Counted from the stretch's first letter, positions 10,034 to 20,837 are shown. The stretch: DNA of 64,000 bases from Candidatus Saccharimonadia bacterium (GCA_035544015.1 DATKIP010000076.1:128299-192298), one strand, 5' to 3'. The notes: a model not told the origin generated them from the sequence alone. Numbers and translations: made by a program.

Positions 10034-10067
10034 AAACCTGGTGTCCTAACCGTTAGACGATGGGACC
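9993..10067 (-). tRNA. tRNA-Glu (TTC) with encoded CCA
   Basis: Minus strand GGTCCCATCGTCTAACGGTTAGGACACCAGG-TTTTCAT-CCTGGCAACCGGGGTTCGATTCCCCGTGGGACTACCA folds as a cloverleaf. Confidence 0.97.
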
Positions 10068-10122
10068 ATATCATTTTTTGAACTGGTAAATACTACCATA
10101 TTGTGTACCCTCTAGTATAGAC

Positions 10123-11400
10123 ATGACGACGCTTTCTCCCATCCTTGCTCGTGCTCGCGGCAGTCAGTTCCTGCGGCACAATGCCATCTTCTTCTCCGGG
10201 TCGCTCGTGGTGAGCGTGCTCAATTACCTGTATTACCCCATCCTGGGTCGCCTGCTGCCGGCCACGAGCTTTGGCGAAATTCAGGCTGTGGTGTCGTTGT
10301 TTTTGCAGGCCACCATTTTCCTCGGGGTGGTCGGCAACGTAGCCGTCAACGTGGTGGCCAACGAGCCAGACGCCGCCCGCCGCAGCCGCACCGTCGGCGA
10401 GCTGGAGCGGTTGGCCGGCCTGGTAGTTCTGATCGGCCTCGTCGCCGGGCTGCTCGCCCTGCCGGCCATCCAGCGGTACCTACATTTCAATGATCCGCTG
10501 CCATTCATTATTCTTGGCATCTCGCTCTTCATAAGTGTGCCGCTGTCACTGCGCCAGGCCTACTTGCGCGGTGTCAATGCCTTCGGCCGACTCTCCATGA
10601 GCAACATTCTCTCCGCCGCCGCCAAATTGCTCGCCTCGGTCGCCTTTGTCCTCGGGGGCTTCGGTACCGCCGGTGCTATCGGCGGCCTGGTGGCGGCCCA
10701 GCTCATCGCGCTCATCTACACCGCCCGCTACGCCCGTCGCCTCGGCCTGCACCCCTTAGCCGGCCGCTGGCGCTGGCCCGATCTCGCAGTCATCCGGCCG
10801 CAGCTGGCGTATGCCGGCCTCGTGCTCATCATATCGCTCGTGACGACGGTTCAATTTAGCTTCGACATCCTCGTGGTCAAGCACTACTTCTCGGCCGAAA
10901 TCGCCGGCGCCTACGCCGGTATCGCCACCATCGCTCGCATCATTTACTTTCTCACGGGCTCAGTAGCGGGCGTATTGCTTTCGACGGTCAAACTCGGCGA
11001 GCCAGCGGCCGCCACGCGCGGACTGTTGTGGCGCTCGGTGGTCTTGCAGACAGTCCTCGGTGGCGCCGCGCTCACGGCCTTCGCGCTGTTCCCCAGCTTC
11101 TTCACCCGCCTGCTGCTGGGGCCGCGGTATCTGGAGCTGTCCTCGCTGCTCCCAGAACTTAGCCTCGCACTTTTCGTGATTGCGTTCATCAACCTGCTGC
11201 TCACCTACGACCTGGCGCTGCGCCGGTACTCCAGTGCCGTCATCGCCGTGGCCGGCGCCGCCCTCACCTTTGGAGCCGTCGCGCTCCACCACGGCACCCC
11301 TGCCGCGGTCGTGCGTGCGCTGCTGATCGGCTCGGTCCTCATGCTCGGCCTGCGCCTGCTCGACACCGTCCGCCGCCGCCTCTGGCCGCATCGAGGATAG
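10123..11400 (+). CDS. Wzx-like polysaccharide flippase
   Basis: About 12 TM helices; DILVVKHYF..AGAYA motif; next to glycosyltransferases. Confidence 0.85.
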   Translation: MTTLSPILARARGSQFLRHNAIFFSGSLVVSVLNYLYYPILGRLLPATSFGEIQAVVSLFLQATIFLGVVGNVAVNVVANEPDAARRSRTVGELERLAGLVVLIGLVAGLLALPAIQRYLHFNDPLPFIILGISLFISVPLSLRQAYLRGVNAFGRLSMSNILSAAAKLLASVAFVLGGFGTAGAIGGLVAAQLIALIYTARYARRLGLHPLAGRWRWPDLAVIRPQLAYAGLVLIISLVTTVQFSFDILVVKHYFSAEIAGAYAGIATIARIIYFLTGSVAGVLLSTVKLGEPAAATRGLLWRSVVLQTVLGGAALTAFALFPSFFTRLLLGPRYLELSSLLPELSLALFVIAFINLLLTYDLALRRYSSAVIAVAGAALTFGAVALHHGTPAAVVRALLIGSVLMLGLRLLDTVRRRLWPHRG

Positions 11401-11535
11401 TCGAATTCTCCCGAAACGCGTCATTCCTTAGAAAGTTTAAGGATTTTTTAATATTTTAGGGGAATCAAATTGGGGGATAGCACAAACATATAGGAGCCCT
11501 CTATCGGTAAAATATGCCACGGGAAACCTAAAAAC

Positions 11536-11564
11536 ATCATACCGAACAAATTCCGAATATGCAA
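11536..11564 (-). promoter_or_regulatory. Sigma70-type promoter with TTCGG-N6-TTCGG direct repeat (LexA-like box)
   Basis: Minus strand TTGCAT-ATTCGGAATTTGTTCGG-TATGAT. Confidence 0.6.
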
Positions 11565-11578
11565 TAATACTCAGGCAC

Positions 11579-12550
11579 ATGACCAAATCTACCCTCATCT
11601 CCATCATTATCCCGTGCCACAACGAAGTCGCCAACCTAGGGGCGCTGCACACTGCGCTCGATACCGCTACCAAACCGCTGGCTGACCAGTTTGAGTTTAT
11701 CTTCGTCGACGACGGCTCCACCGACACCACCCTCCCCGTGCTCCGCCAGCTCTGCCTGGGCGACCCGCGCGTCCGCACCATCGAGCTGGTACGCAACTTC
11801 GGCAAAGAAATCGCCGTGAGTGCCGGCCTGCACGCCGCCCGCGGTCAGGCCGGCATCACCATCGACGCCGATCTCCAGCATCCGCCGGCGCTCATCCCCG
11901 AGCTCATCGCCGCCTGGCGCGCCGGTGCCGAGGTCGCCATCGGCGTTCGGCGCCGGGGTCACGACCACGCGCCCGTGCTCAAGCGCGCCGGCAGCAGCCT
12001 GTTTTATCGCCTCATCAACGCCATCTCCGGCGTCGAAATCCGGGCCGGCGCCTCCGATTACCGCTTGCTCGACCGTATCGTCATCGACGAGTTCAACCGC
12101 TTCACCGAGCGGGGTCGCCTCACTCGTGGCCTCGTCGATTGGCTCGGGTTTCGACGTGCCTACGTAGAGTTCGTTCCCGCTAAGCGCCATGCCGGCATCG
12201 CCGCCTATTCGTACCAAAAGCTCTTCGGGCTCGCCGTCACCAGTGTCGTCTCCATGAGCTTTTTCCCTTTGCGCCTTGCCGGCTACCTCGGTCTCCTCAT
12301 CACCCTCATCTCCGGCCCACTTGGCATCTTCATTTTCGTCGAGAAGTACCTCCTGCGCGATCCGTGGGGGCTGAGCTTCTCTGGCCCCGCCATTCTGGCC
12401 GTGATCCTGCTGTTTCTGGTGGGCATCATCCTGATTTGCCTCGGCCTCATCGCTATGTATATTGCCAATATTCACACTGAAGTCATGAACCGTCCGCTCT
12501 ACGTAGCCCGGCCCGAAAACCACCTTCACGCCGGGAAAGCTGCCGAGTGA
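11579..12550 (+). CDS. GT2 polyprenyl-phosphate glycosyltransferase (GtrB/ArnC-like)
   Basis: VDDGSTD, RNFGKE, DADLQHPP; two C-terminal TMs. Confidence 0.92.
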   Translation: MTKSTLISIIIPCHNEVANLGALHTALDTATKPLADQFEFIFVDDGSTDTTLPVLRQLCLGDPRVRTIELVRNFGKEIAVSAGLHAARGQAGITIDADLQHPPALIPELIAAWRAGAEVAIGVRRRGHDHAPVLKRAGSSLFYRLINAISGVEIRAGASDYRLLDRIVIDEFNRFTERGRLTRGLVDWLGFRRAYVEFVPAKRHAGIAAYSYQKLFGLAVTSVVSMSFFPLRLAGYLGLLITLISGPLGIFIFVEKYLLRDPWGLSFSGPAILAVILLFLVGIILICLGLIAMYIANIHTEVMNRPLYVARPENHLHAGKAAE

Positions 12551-13653
12551 ATATCGTCTGGTTCAACTGGAAAGACCTCGACAACCCCCAGGCTGGGGGA
12601 GCCGAGGTAGTAAACGAGGAGCTGGCCGCTCGCCTCGCCGCCGCCGGTCATACCGTCACCTTCATCACCGCCGGCTATCCCGGAGCGTCCGCCACCGCCG
12701 TGCGCCGCGGCTTTAGCGTCGTGCGCGTCGGCAGCCGCTTCACCGTTTACCTCGCCGCCGCGCGTTATTTCCGTGCCCACCGCGCGCAGCTGCGCCCCGA
12801 TCTCGTCATCGATGAGTGCAACACCATGCCGTTTTTTGCCGGCCGCTACACCGGCGTCCGCACCGTTTTGTTCTTTCACATGCTCTGTCGCGAAATTTGG
12901 TTCTACGAATTCCCGCAGCCGCTCAGCACACTTGGCTACCTGCTCGAACCACTCTATTTACGCCTCCTCAAGCCAAAATCAGCCGTCATCGCCGTTTCCG
13001 CCTCCACCAAGCTCGACCTTGTGCGGCACGGCTTCACCGCGCGGTCCATCCGCGTCATCGCCGAGGCCACGCAGCTCACTCCCGTGCCAGAGCTGCGGGC
13101 CATCGCCAAATACCCCGACCCCACGCTGCTGTCGCTCGGCGCCATGCGCTCCATGAAGCGCACGCTCCACCAAATCGCCGCTTTCGAGCTCGCCAAGGCC
13201 CAGCTGCCCCGCCTCAAATTCATCGTAGCCGGCGACCTCAGCGGCCCCTACGGCGCGCGCGTCCAGGCGGCCATCGCCGCCAGCCCCCACCACCACGACA
13301 TCACCGTCCTCGGCCGTGTCACCCCCGCGCGCAAAGCCCAGCTCATGCAAAAATCCCATCTGCTCCTCGTCACGAGCGTCAAAGAAGGCTGGGGCCTCGT
13401 GGTCACCGAAGCTGCCACCCAGGGCACCCCGGCCGTCGTCTACGACGTCGACGGCCTGCGCGACAGCGTGCGCCACGGCCGCACTGGCCTCGTCACCGCC
13501 CCGAGCCCTCAGGCCCTCGCCACCGCCACCGCCAGCCTGCTCCAAGACCCCGCCCGCTACGAGCAACTCCGCACCGCCGCCTACACCTGGGCCAGCACCC
13601 TCACCTTCGATCGCGCCTACGCCGACTTCGCCGCCGCGCTGAAGCTCAGTTAA
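12547..13653 (+). CDS. GT4 glycosyltransferase
   Basis: AGGAE N-terminal motif; EGWGLVVTEA. Confidence 0.92.
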   Translation: MNIVWFNWKDLDNPQAGGAEVVNEELAARLAAAGHTVTFITAGYPGASATAVRRGFSVVRVGSRFTVYLAAARYFRAHRAQLRPDLVIDECNTMPFFAGRYTGVRTVLFFHMLCREIWFYEFPQPLSTLGYLLEPLYLRLLKPKSAVIAVSASTKLDLVRHGFTARSIRVIAEATQLTPVPELRAIAKYPDPTLLSLGAMRSMKRTLHQIAAFELAKAQLPRLKFIVAGDLSGPYGARVQAAIAASPHHHDITVLGRVTPARKAQLMQKSHLLLVTSVKEGWGLVVTEAATQGTPAVVYDVDGLRDSVRHGRTGLVTAPSPQALATATASLLQDPARYEQLRTAAYTWASTLTFDRAYADFAAALKLS

Positions 13654-13955
13654 GCCCCCGTCCGCTCAAGGTTCTCCACCCGCCGCTCCAGCTCGGTGTA
13701 CATCGAGCCGATAATGGTATGCCCATCACGAATCACGGTAGAAAGCTGGCTCACCGTGCGGGCTAACAGCGCGTCCAACTGTGCTTCCGCTGCGTCAAAC
13801 CGCCGGTCTACCTGCTCAAATTTGCGCTCCACTTCATCAAATCGTCGGTCCACCAAATCAAGCCGCCGATCGATATCATCGAACCGCGGATGATGCGCAA
13901 TCGCCTCGTCCATCACTACTCGCATCAAGCGAAAATCTTCAGTCGTCAGTGCCAT
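13650..13955 (-). CDS. Small coiled-coil protein with heptad DRRFD-type repeats
   Basis: RFDDIDRRLDLVDRRFDEVERKFEQVDRRFD; own promoter at 13999-14027. Confidence 0.7.
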   Translation of the reverse strand: MALTTEDFRLMRVVMDEAIAHHPRFDDIDRRLDLVDRRFDEVERKFEQVDRRFDAAEAQLDALLARTVSQLSTVIRDGHTIIGSMYTELERRVENLERTGA

Positions 13956-13998
13956 CAATCTCGTCCATTATTCAGTCATTTTATCCTCACACGCCGGC

Positions 13999-14027
13999 AT
14001 CATACCGAACATATTCCGAAGATTCAA
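13999..14027 (-). promoter_or_regulatory. Sigma70-type promoter with TTCGG-N6-TTCGG direct repeat (LexA-like box)
   Basis: Minus strand TTGAAT-CTTCGGAATATGTTCGG-TATGAT. Confidence 0.6.
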
Positions 14028-14190
14028 GCCCAGCGGTAAACTACCGGATTCCTATCATACCGCCCACACTGCATCCCGCATCAAGTCTTGAAATTCTCCC
14101 TCCCAACCCATCTCCCTACATTCCCGACCACCCCGCCCTGTAATTTTGCACAAAAGACCTCGCAGTATGACTCTGGTAACATACGTACCC

Positions 14191-15033
14191 ATGAGCACCC
14201 CCCTTGTATCTGTTGTTATCCCAACAAAAAACAGCATCCGTTTCCTCAAGGCCTGTCTGGCGTCCGTGAAAGAGCAGTCCTATAAAAACGTCGAGACGAT
14301 CGTCGTTGATGGTCAATCCACAGACGGAACCATTGAGCTCTGCAATAAAATGGGCGCTAAAGTTTTACAATATGATCCCAAAGTCAAAAAAGGATTTTTT
14401 GACGCCCCCTTCCGCAGAAACTATGGAGTCGAAAACGCTGGCGGCGAGTTAGTCTATTATGTAGACGCGGATATGGAATTAACAAAGAATGTTATCCGTG
14501 ACGCCGTAGAGCTTTGCACTGAATCCGGCAGTGATGCTGTAATAATTCCAGAAGACTCATTCGGCATTGGGGTATGGGCCCAAGCCAAAAACCTAGAAAG
14601 AAGATGCTACTGGGGCGACGACTCGGTCGAGGCGCCTCGTTTTCTAAAGCGCAGCGTATGGGTGCAACTGGGAGGCCTCGATACGAGCCTGGGAGGGGGA
14701 GGAGACGACTGGGATTTATACCAGAAGTTGAGAGATCACGGCTACACTGTCTCCAGAATCAAATCGCTAGTCATGCACAATGAGGGGCACTTGAGCCTCC
14801 GAAAACTTATGCGAAAGAGATTTATGTACGGGCGGGATTCAGCTCGGTACATTTCCAAACGGCCGGCCGCCGGTGTAAAAAGCTACTTTCCCATACGAAT
14901 GGCATATTTGAGAAATTGGAAGCTGTTCGCCCGTCGTCCCGTCGACGCCGCAGCCTTTATGGTTATGAGACTGGCCGAATATTCAGCAGGGTTTGTCGGG
15001 ATACTTTACTCGGTACTAAAGGGGAATGCATGA
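14191..15033 (+). CDS. GT2 glycosyltransferase
   Basis: VSVVIPTKN, VVDGQSTD, VDAD. Confidence 0.92.
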   Translation: MSTPLVSVVIPTKNSIRFLKACLASVKEQSYKNVETIVVDGQSTDGTIELCNKMGAKVLQYDPKVKKGFFDAPFRRNYGVENAGGELVYYVDADMELTKNVIRDAVELCTESGSDAVIIPEDSFGIGVWAQAKNLERRCYWGDDSVEAPRFLKRSVWVQLGGLDTSLGGGGDDWDLYQKLRDHGYTVSRIKSLVMHNEGHLSLRKLMRKRFMYGRDSARYISKRPAAGVKSYFPIRMAYLRNWKLFARRPVDAAAFMVMRLAEYSAGFVGILYSVLKGNA

Positions 15034-15995
15034 AAGCTACGCAATTTTGGAAGAATAAAACTGTTTTAGTTGCCGGCGGCTTAGGATTCGTGGGTGCCCA
15101 TGTCATAGAGGAGCTCCTGCGGCAAGACGCAAAAGTAATCTGTCTCTACCGCGGGGGGGATACGAAATTTTTCCACAAACGCGGGCTAGACGTATCGAAT
15201 CTTACTTTCCAAAAGATAGATTTGCTTGATTCGCACGGGGTTAATTTAGTCACCCAAAATGCTGACGTTTTAATTAATTGTGCCGCCCTCGATGGAAACG
15301 CAGAATTTAAGCGAAAAAATGCCGCCAAGATACTCGATTCCAATTTAAGAATCGTCTCCAATCTTTTAAACGCCGCGGTCGAAAACTCCATCAGTGACGT
15401 GGTCCTCTTAAGTTCGGCGGAGGTGTACCCGGGACAAGTTAGTAATCCTATTCGCGAAAGTGATGACTATAGAAAAAATTGGGACTATACCGATAATGGC
15501 TATGTCTTATCCAAGAGGTTTTCAGAGATCATGGGAGAGGCCTTCCGATCTCAATACGGCATAAAAATCTATCATCCCCGTCCCGCAAATATTTATGGCC
15601 CCCGAGATCATTTTGGCTCTGCGATGAATCGCGTGATCCCCAGCATGATTAAAAAAATAGCCGACGATCAAGACGTCGAAATTTGGGGTGACGGCAGTCA
15701 AGTCAGGAGCTTCGTATACGTCACTGATGCCGCAAAAGGCATCTTGGGAATGGTCGAAAATGAATTTGACGATTATTTAAATATCGGGTCCCCCGAAGCG
15801 ATTTCGGTACTTGAGTTGGCAAACCGGATAGGTGATCTTCAGGGAAAAAAAGTCAAAGCAAACCTGGACACGAGCAAGCCTGGCGGGTCGGCGCGGCGAG
15901 TCCTAGACGTAGCAAATCATCTGAGGATGACCGGCGGAGAATATACGGATCTCAATAGCGGCATCGATCAAACCATTCAATGGTATCTTGCCTAG
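15030..15995 (+). CDS. NAD-dependent nucleotide-sugar epimerase/dehydratase
   Basis: GGLGFVG, YVLSK, NIYGP, WGDGSQVRSF. Confidence 0.9.
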   Translation: MKATQFWKNKTVLVAGGLGFVGAHVIEELLRQDAKVICLYRGGDTKFFHKRGLDVSNLTFQKIDLLDSHGVNLVTQNADVLINCAALDGNAEFKRKNAAKILDSNLRIVSNLLNAAVENSISDVVLLSSAEVYPGQVSNPIRESDDYRKNWDYTDNGYVLSKRFSEIMGEAFRSQYGIKIYHPRPANIYGPRDHFGSAMNRVIPSMIKKIADDQDVEIWGDGSQVRSFVYVTDAAKGILGMVENEFDDYLNIGSPEAISVLELANRIGDLQGKKVKANLDTSKPGGSARRVLDVANHLRMTGGEYTDLNSGIDQTIQWYLA

Positions 15996-15996
15996 T

Positions 15997-17178
15997 ATGC
16001 GGGTAATTTTTTTCTCGTTTGGAATTTTAGAATACGGCGGAGGGTTAGAGAATTACCTCATTGCCACCGCGCCGGATTTAATACGTGGTCGGTATGTTGA
16101 CGAAGCCTCGATCATTACGGCTACACCTCGGCTAAATGAGGCCCTTCAACATCTGCTAACGTTGTATTACTTTAGGAAGCATTCAACCTCGACGATATAT
16201 CGAGAGAGCGCTAAAGACATCAAAATAAGGTTAGGAGCAGTCAAATATTTGCAGGCAGATTCCCTTCGGGATTTGCGGGAAAGACTGCAAAAGTACGACG
16301 TCGTATATACAAAAAATGAGATCATCGAACTGGCTATATTAAAACTCATTGGCTACAAGAACCTACCCCCGGTGGTGGTCGGGGCACACACCCCCGTCTA
16401 CTTTACGAACGCCCCCTCTGTGTCCGCAAAGCTTCATAATTTGATCTACGGCGGGTTTATTTATCGGTACCTGCTAAAAGGATCTGCCTACATCAAATGT
16501 AATAATCAAGAAGATATGGCCTTTGTTCAAAAAAAATTAAAATACAAAAACGCGGTGGTGATACATCATGGATTCGATATTACGGAGGGCTCGGTGCGAC
16601 GCAATCAAACTGATTCTCTCAATATTCTATTCGCCGGACGTCTTAGCGAGGCCAAAGGGGTCGATACGCTCGAAACTATAATTCAAACGCTCAGCAAGCA
16701 TGAACGATTCGAAGCATACAGATTCCGGATAGCAGGGAGCGGCGACGAAAATCTAGAATCCATAGCCGAATCGCTCGCAAGAAACTATCCCAACGTAGAA
16801 TATCTCGGACATGTCCCCGTCGCAGATATGCGGACATTATACGAATGGGCCGATATCTCCCTCATCCCGTCTCGATATGAGACGCTAAACAAGATAGCAG
16901 TTGAAACGGGCTTGGCATCCAAGATAGCTATAGCCTCGGATATATCGGGCCCTAGGGAAGTGATCGAAAATGAGAAAACGGGTTTTCTCGTCAGTCCAGA
17001 ACCAAAAGAATTCGCCGAGAAGATAATTGCATTGGACACTTTACGAAAGACGAATCGTGCAAAATTCAACTCGATTGGTCAAGCGGCAAGAGAAAAAATA
17101 AGCCGAGAATTTAACAAAAATCGCTCGTATATAGAATTGTCTGAGTTGCTTGAGAAGGCACGAGCTAATAGGCGATGA
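15997..17178 (+). CDS. GT4 glycosyltransferase
   Basis: GGGLE, FAGRLSEAKG, PSRYETL..IAVE. Confidence 0.88.
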   Translation: MRVIFFSFGILEYGGGLENYLIATAPDLIRGRYVDEASIITATPRLNEALQHLLTLYYFRKHSTSTIYRESAKDIKIRLGAVKYLQADSLRDLRERLQKYDVVYTKNEIIELAILKLIGYKNLPPVVVGAHTPVYFTNAPSVSAKLHNLIYGGFIYRYLLKGSAYIKCNNQEDMAFVQKKLKYKNAVVIHHGFDITEGSVRRNQTDSLNILFAGRLSEAKGVDTLETIIQTLSKHERFEAYRFRIAGSGDENLESIAESLARNYPNVEYLGHVPVADMRTLYEWADISLIPSRYETLNKIAVETGLASKIAIASDISGPREVIENEKTGFLVSPEPKEFAEKIIALDTLRKTNRAKFNSIGQAAREKISREFNKNRSYIELSELLEKARANRR

Positions 17179-20100
17179 ATAAGAAGAATTTATACCTGGT
17201 CGGCTTCATCATACTTCTGAACATCCTGGTTTATCGAGTGTGGTTTCTTGGGTTCGGGATAATGACTCATGGGGATTGGAGCTATGTCTCTCGCGTAAGC
17301 GCCGATACGCTGAGAATCCATTATTTTTCACTTTGGCTGTCAGACTATTCGTTTGGGCGCATTCTCGTCGACGTTGGGCAGGCCCCCACCTATGCATTTT
17401 ATGGGTTCTTGTCAGCTGCCCTGCAGATCGATTTTGCCCTGGCCGAAAGGCTCGTGCACCTCTGGCCAGCAGTGCTCCTCACTCCGCTCGGGGCCTTTTT
17501 TCTGGTATGGAAGATTTTTAAAAACCGAATCGCAGCCATACTGGGCGCCATCATATATTCCTGTAATACCTATTTTTTAATCCTACTGACCGGGCATCTA
17601 ACGCTCGCGGGCGCATATGCGCTTGCCCCGTGGGTGCTGCTCGCATATTTAGAGTTCTTAGAGAAGGAGAGCCTTCGTTATGGCATCTGGGCTGGCCTCC
17701 TGCTCTCGGCGTCGTCGGCCTATGAACCCCGAGCCGCATACATAATTGCCTGGATCCTCGTCTTCGCCGCCGCCGGCCAGGGCGTCGCAAAAATCATTGA
17801 TCATAAAAAAATTAACGAGATCATAAGCTATACGCTGCGCTCAATTATTCCGTTTGCCATATTCGGGCTGCTCAATTTCTTTTGGATTTTTGCTTTCACC
17901 AAAATCAACGGTGCAATTGGCGCGGATATTCTGTCGCGAGGGTTATTCGGAAATGCGTTTTACGACATTAATGAAGCCCTAACCCTGTTTCACCCCTTCT
18001 GGAACGGTGGACGACCAATACCATTTATTATTAACCACATCCCATTGTATTTCTGGCTGCTTCCCGTCGCCGCAACTCTCGGGATATTCTTGAATAAATC
18101 CAGAAGAACGATAATTTTCTTTGCCACACTTGGCATTCTGGGAATATTTCTAACAAAACAGGTAGACACTCCCTTTCCGCAGGCGTATCAATGGCTCTAC
18201 GCGCACTTTCCCGGCTTCGGTGCGTATAGAGAGGCGAGCAAATTCTACCTACTAATCGCGTTATCGTATACGGTTCTCATCCCCGGCGCATATATTGCGT
18301 TGAAGAAAATCGGCCATAAGTACCTCTCCCTAGGCTTTGCGGCAGCTCTCGCGAGCATTATGGTAGTAAACTTAGCTCCCATCATAAGCGGTACGATCCA
18401 GACCACGTTCGCAAGTCGTACAATCCCAGAGTCTTATACGGCTCTCAACAAATTGTTGGACGAATCGTCTTTTTCCAGGACGCTGTGGGCCCCCAAGGAC
18501 TCGCGATGGGCGCTAGACTCCGACATGCACCCGAAAGTAGGGGCAATCGATATAGCGCAATCCTCGTGGGTCGATTTCATCAAACGCACCGTGGATGGTA
18601 GCTACCTGACCACCGAGGAGCAGGCCATGGAGGTTTTCCAGAATCCGTTTGCACCCGAGCTTCTAGCGGACGGAGTCATTAAATATGTCGTAGTCCCGTT
18701 AAGGGATACTAAAAATGACGATGATTTCTTCATTAATTACGGCGATATCCGAAGCAACTACACCGATTTGCTCGATAAAATGCCGTTCTTAAAACGGGTT
18801 AATACTGGCATCAACGACATCGCACTCTACCAAAACACGAATGTTAAGCCCTATGTCTCAACCTTCAGCAATCTATATTCAATCCCGGGCATGCCAGCAC
18901 TCCAGGGATCGCTCAACTTTGCGAAACAGGCCCTAGGAGAGAAAGATTTCAACTTTGTGAGTGGCGAAGAGAAGACTTATGCTCGAAAGATAACGGACTT
19001 ATTTGGCACTTTCGAAGACATGCAACCAACTCGGGACCGCGAGCTTGCTAGCAAGGAGGACCTGAGGGGGTCAACGATTTATCGGCCAGCCAGATTTAGC
19101 GAGTACGAATATCGCGTGGCGGGGAATGAACTACAGATTTTGTCGCGAGATCTCAGAAAAAACCTAGGTGCAACCAGGGGAGTAGCCAACGCGGCTAGTT
19201 TTTCAATTATAAAACGGATAAATGTTGCACGAGAGCCCGACATATATCTGGATATTGACGGAAAAATTACAAAACTTAACGCGAGCGACAACCAGGAGCA
19301 TTATCTTGGGTCTAACGTTGAAAAAATTGGAGTCTACTCTGCCACGACAGGCAATAACGTCATCAACGGATCGTTCGAAAGCGGTTTATGGCAGGACAAA
19401 GTACAAGATTGCAATAATTACGACGGTAGTCCCTCGATATCCGTGAGACAAAGTTCGGTGGCTTCCGATGGAAAATACTCTCTAAATATGACGGCACAGA
19501 AACACATGGCCTGTACCGCCTCAGCGCCCTTACCAATTCGAGCAGATTTTTATCTCACAGCCATGGATTACAAAATACACAATGGTACCTACGCTGCGTA
19601 CCAGATCAGCAACTCGGAAACAAAGGAAGTCTTGGGAAAATATAACCTGCGAGCGCCCGATGATGCGTGGCGCACGTATGCCACGATTCAGGCTCGTCCC
19701 TCTGGGGCTACCAATCTCGGCGTTACTCTCATGGCAAGACCATCTGAGCAGCAGAGTAAGCTCGCGGAAACAAATTACGACAATGTAAAAATCGTTGGCC
19801 TAAAAAAGCTCGATTCTCTGGATTTTGGACAGAACCAATTCGAGCCCTTCCAGAGTGGCCCGACGGCGTATCGAGATCAGGCCTATACGTACGAGAACAT
19901 CGTTCCGAATGGTTCGTTCGAAAATGGGCTTTGGGAAAAAAATGTTGGCGATTGCGGCGCGTATGACGACAAGCCCAAGATAGGGATGAATATAAGTACA
20001 AAAGCGAGCGATGGTAGGCGATCCCTCGAGCTCCATGCTTCGCGGCACATTGCCTGCACCAGCGCCAATAATATCCCCATTGAGCCAAATGGGACTTACC

Positions 20101-20837
20101 AAATTACTTTTGACTACACCACGAACGGCACGCAGAGTGCCGGATATTCCGTAATTTTAGACGATCCTCAGAAGACGAAAATCACAGAGCGTATATCCAT
20201 CGCCTCAACGATATGGAAGAAATACCAGTCGACGTTTGTAATTCCTCCCGGCGCGAAAATTGCGAACATTACCTTATACGCATATTCAGAAGATGATGGC
20301 GCAGAGTCAGTCGTACGTTATGACGACCTTCGAGTGATAAAGACCCCTGATATCACCGGCAAATATTTCGCCCTGACAAACGCGAACATTACAGTGAAGC
20401 CACCAAAAGACATTAGCTTTAAGGCTCCAAGTCAAACAGCGAGAACGATCTCAATACGGGCTGCCACCACCCCGTTCTACCTCGCAATGGCCGAGGCTTA
20501 CCATCCGGATTGGCGTCTCGAAATCAACAACGGCAAGGTGAAGGGGCTGGGATCGTGGCTGCCGTGGGCCAAGCCCGATGCAGTCGCTGCGGGGGATCAC
20601 TTCAAGCTCAATGATTTCGAAAACGGCTGGTACGTGGATGTCGATAAACTCTGCGGACAGCAGAAGCTCTGCACTCAAAATGCCGATGGTTCATACGATC
20701 TCGAGATGGTAGCCGAATTTACGCCGCAGCGATGGTTCTACATCGGGCTCATCGTGAGCGGCGGCACCCTCGTGGCGTGCATCGGATTCCTGGCTTGGGA
20801 CTGGCGCCGACGACGACATGGGCAGGATAGAGGCTAG
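17175..20837 (+). CDS. Large GT-C/AftD-like membrane protein with two carbohydrate-binding-like domains and a C-terminal TM
   Basis: About 12 N-terminal TMs with YREASKF; duplicated NGSFE.GLW...V.DC..YD domains. Confidence 0.75.
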   Translation: MNKKNLYLVGFIILLNILVYRVWFLGFGIMTHGDWSYVSRVSADTLRIHYFSLWLSDYSFGRILVDVGQAPTYAFYGFLSAALQIDFALAERLVHLWPAVLLTPLGAFFLVWKIFKNRIAAILGAIIYSCNTYFLILLTGHLTLAGAYALAPWVLLAYLEFLEKESLRYGIWAGLLLSASSAYEPRAAYIIAWILVFAAAGQGVAKIIDHKKINEIISYTLRSIIPFAIFGLLNFFWIFAFTKINGAIGADILSRGLFGNAFYDINEALTLFHPFWNGGRPIPFIINHIPLYFWLLPVAATLGIFLNKSRRTIIFFATLGILGIFLTKQVDTPFPQAYQWLYAHFPGFGAYREASKFYLLIALSYTVLIPGAYIALKKIGHKYLSLGFAAALASIMVVNLAPIISGTIQTTFASRTIPESYTALNKLLDESSFSRTLWAPKDSRWALDSDMHPKVGAIDIAQSSWVDFIKRTVDGSYLTTEEQAMEVFQNPFAPELLADGVIKYVVVPLRDTKNDDDFFINYGDIRSNYTDLLDKMPFLKRVNTGINDIALYQNTNVKPYVSTFSNLYSIPGMPALQGSLNFAKQALGEKDFNFVSGEEKTYARKITDLFGTFEDMQPTRDRELASKEDLRGSTIYRPARFSEYEYRVAGNELQILSRDLRKNLGATRGVANAASFSIIKRINVAREPDIYLDIDGKITKLNASDNQEHYLGSNVEKIGVYSATTGNNVINGSFESGLWQDKVQDCNNYDGSPSISVRQSSVASDGKYSLNMTAQKHMACTASAPLPIRADFYLTAMDYKIHNGTYAAYQISNSETKEVLGKYNLRAPDDAWRTYATIQARPSGATNLGVTLMARPSEQQSKLAETNYDNVKIVGLKKLDSLDFGQNQFEPFQSGPTAYRDQAYTYENIVPNGSFENGLWEKNVGDCGAYDDKPKIGMNISTKASDGRRSLELHASRHIACTSANNIPIEPNGTYQITFDYTTNGTQSAGYSVILDDPQKTKITERISIASTIWKKYQSTFVIPPGAKIANITLYAYSEDDGAESVVRYDDLRVIKTPDITGKYFALTNANITVKPPKDISFKAPSQTARTISIRAATTPFYLAMAEAYHPDWRLEINNGKVKGLGSWLPWAKPDAVAAGDHFKLNDFENGWYVDVDKLCGQQKLCTQNADGSYDLEMVAEFTPQRWFYIGLIVSGGTLVACIGFLAWDWRRRRHGQDRG

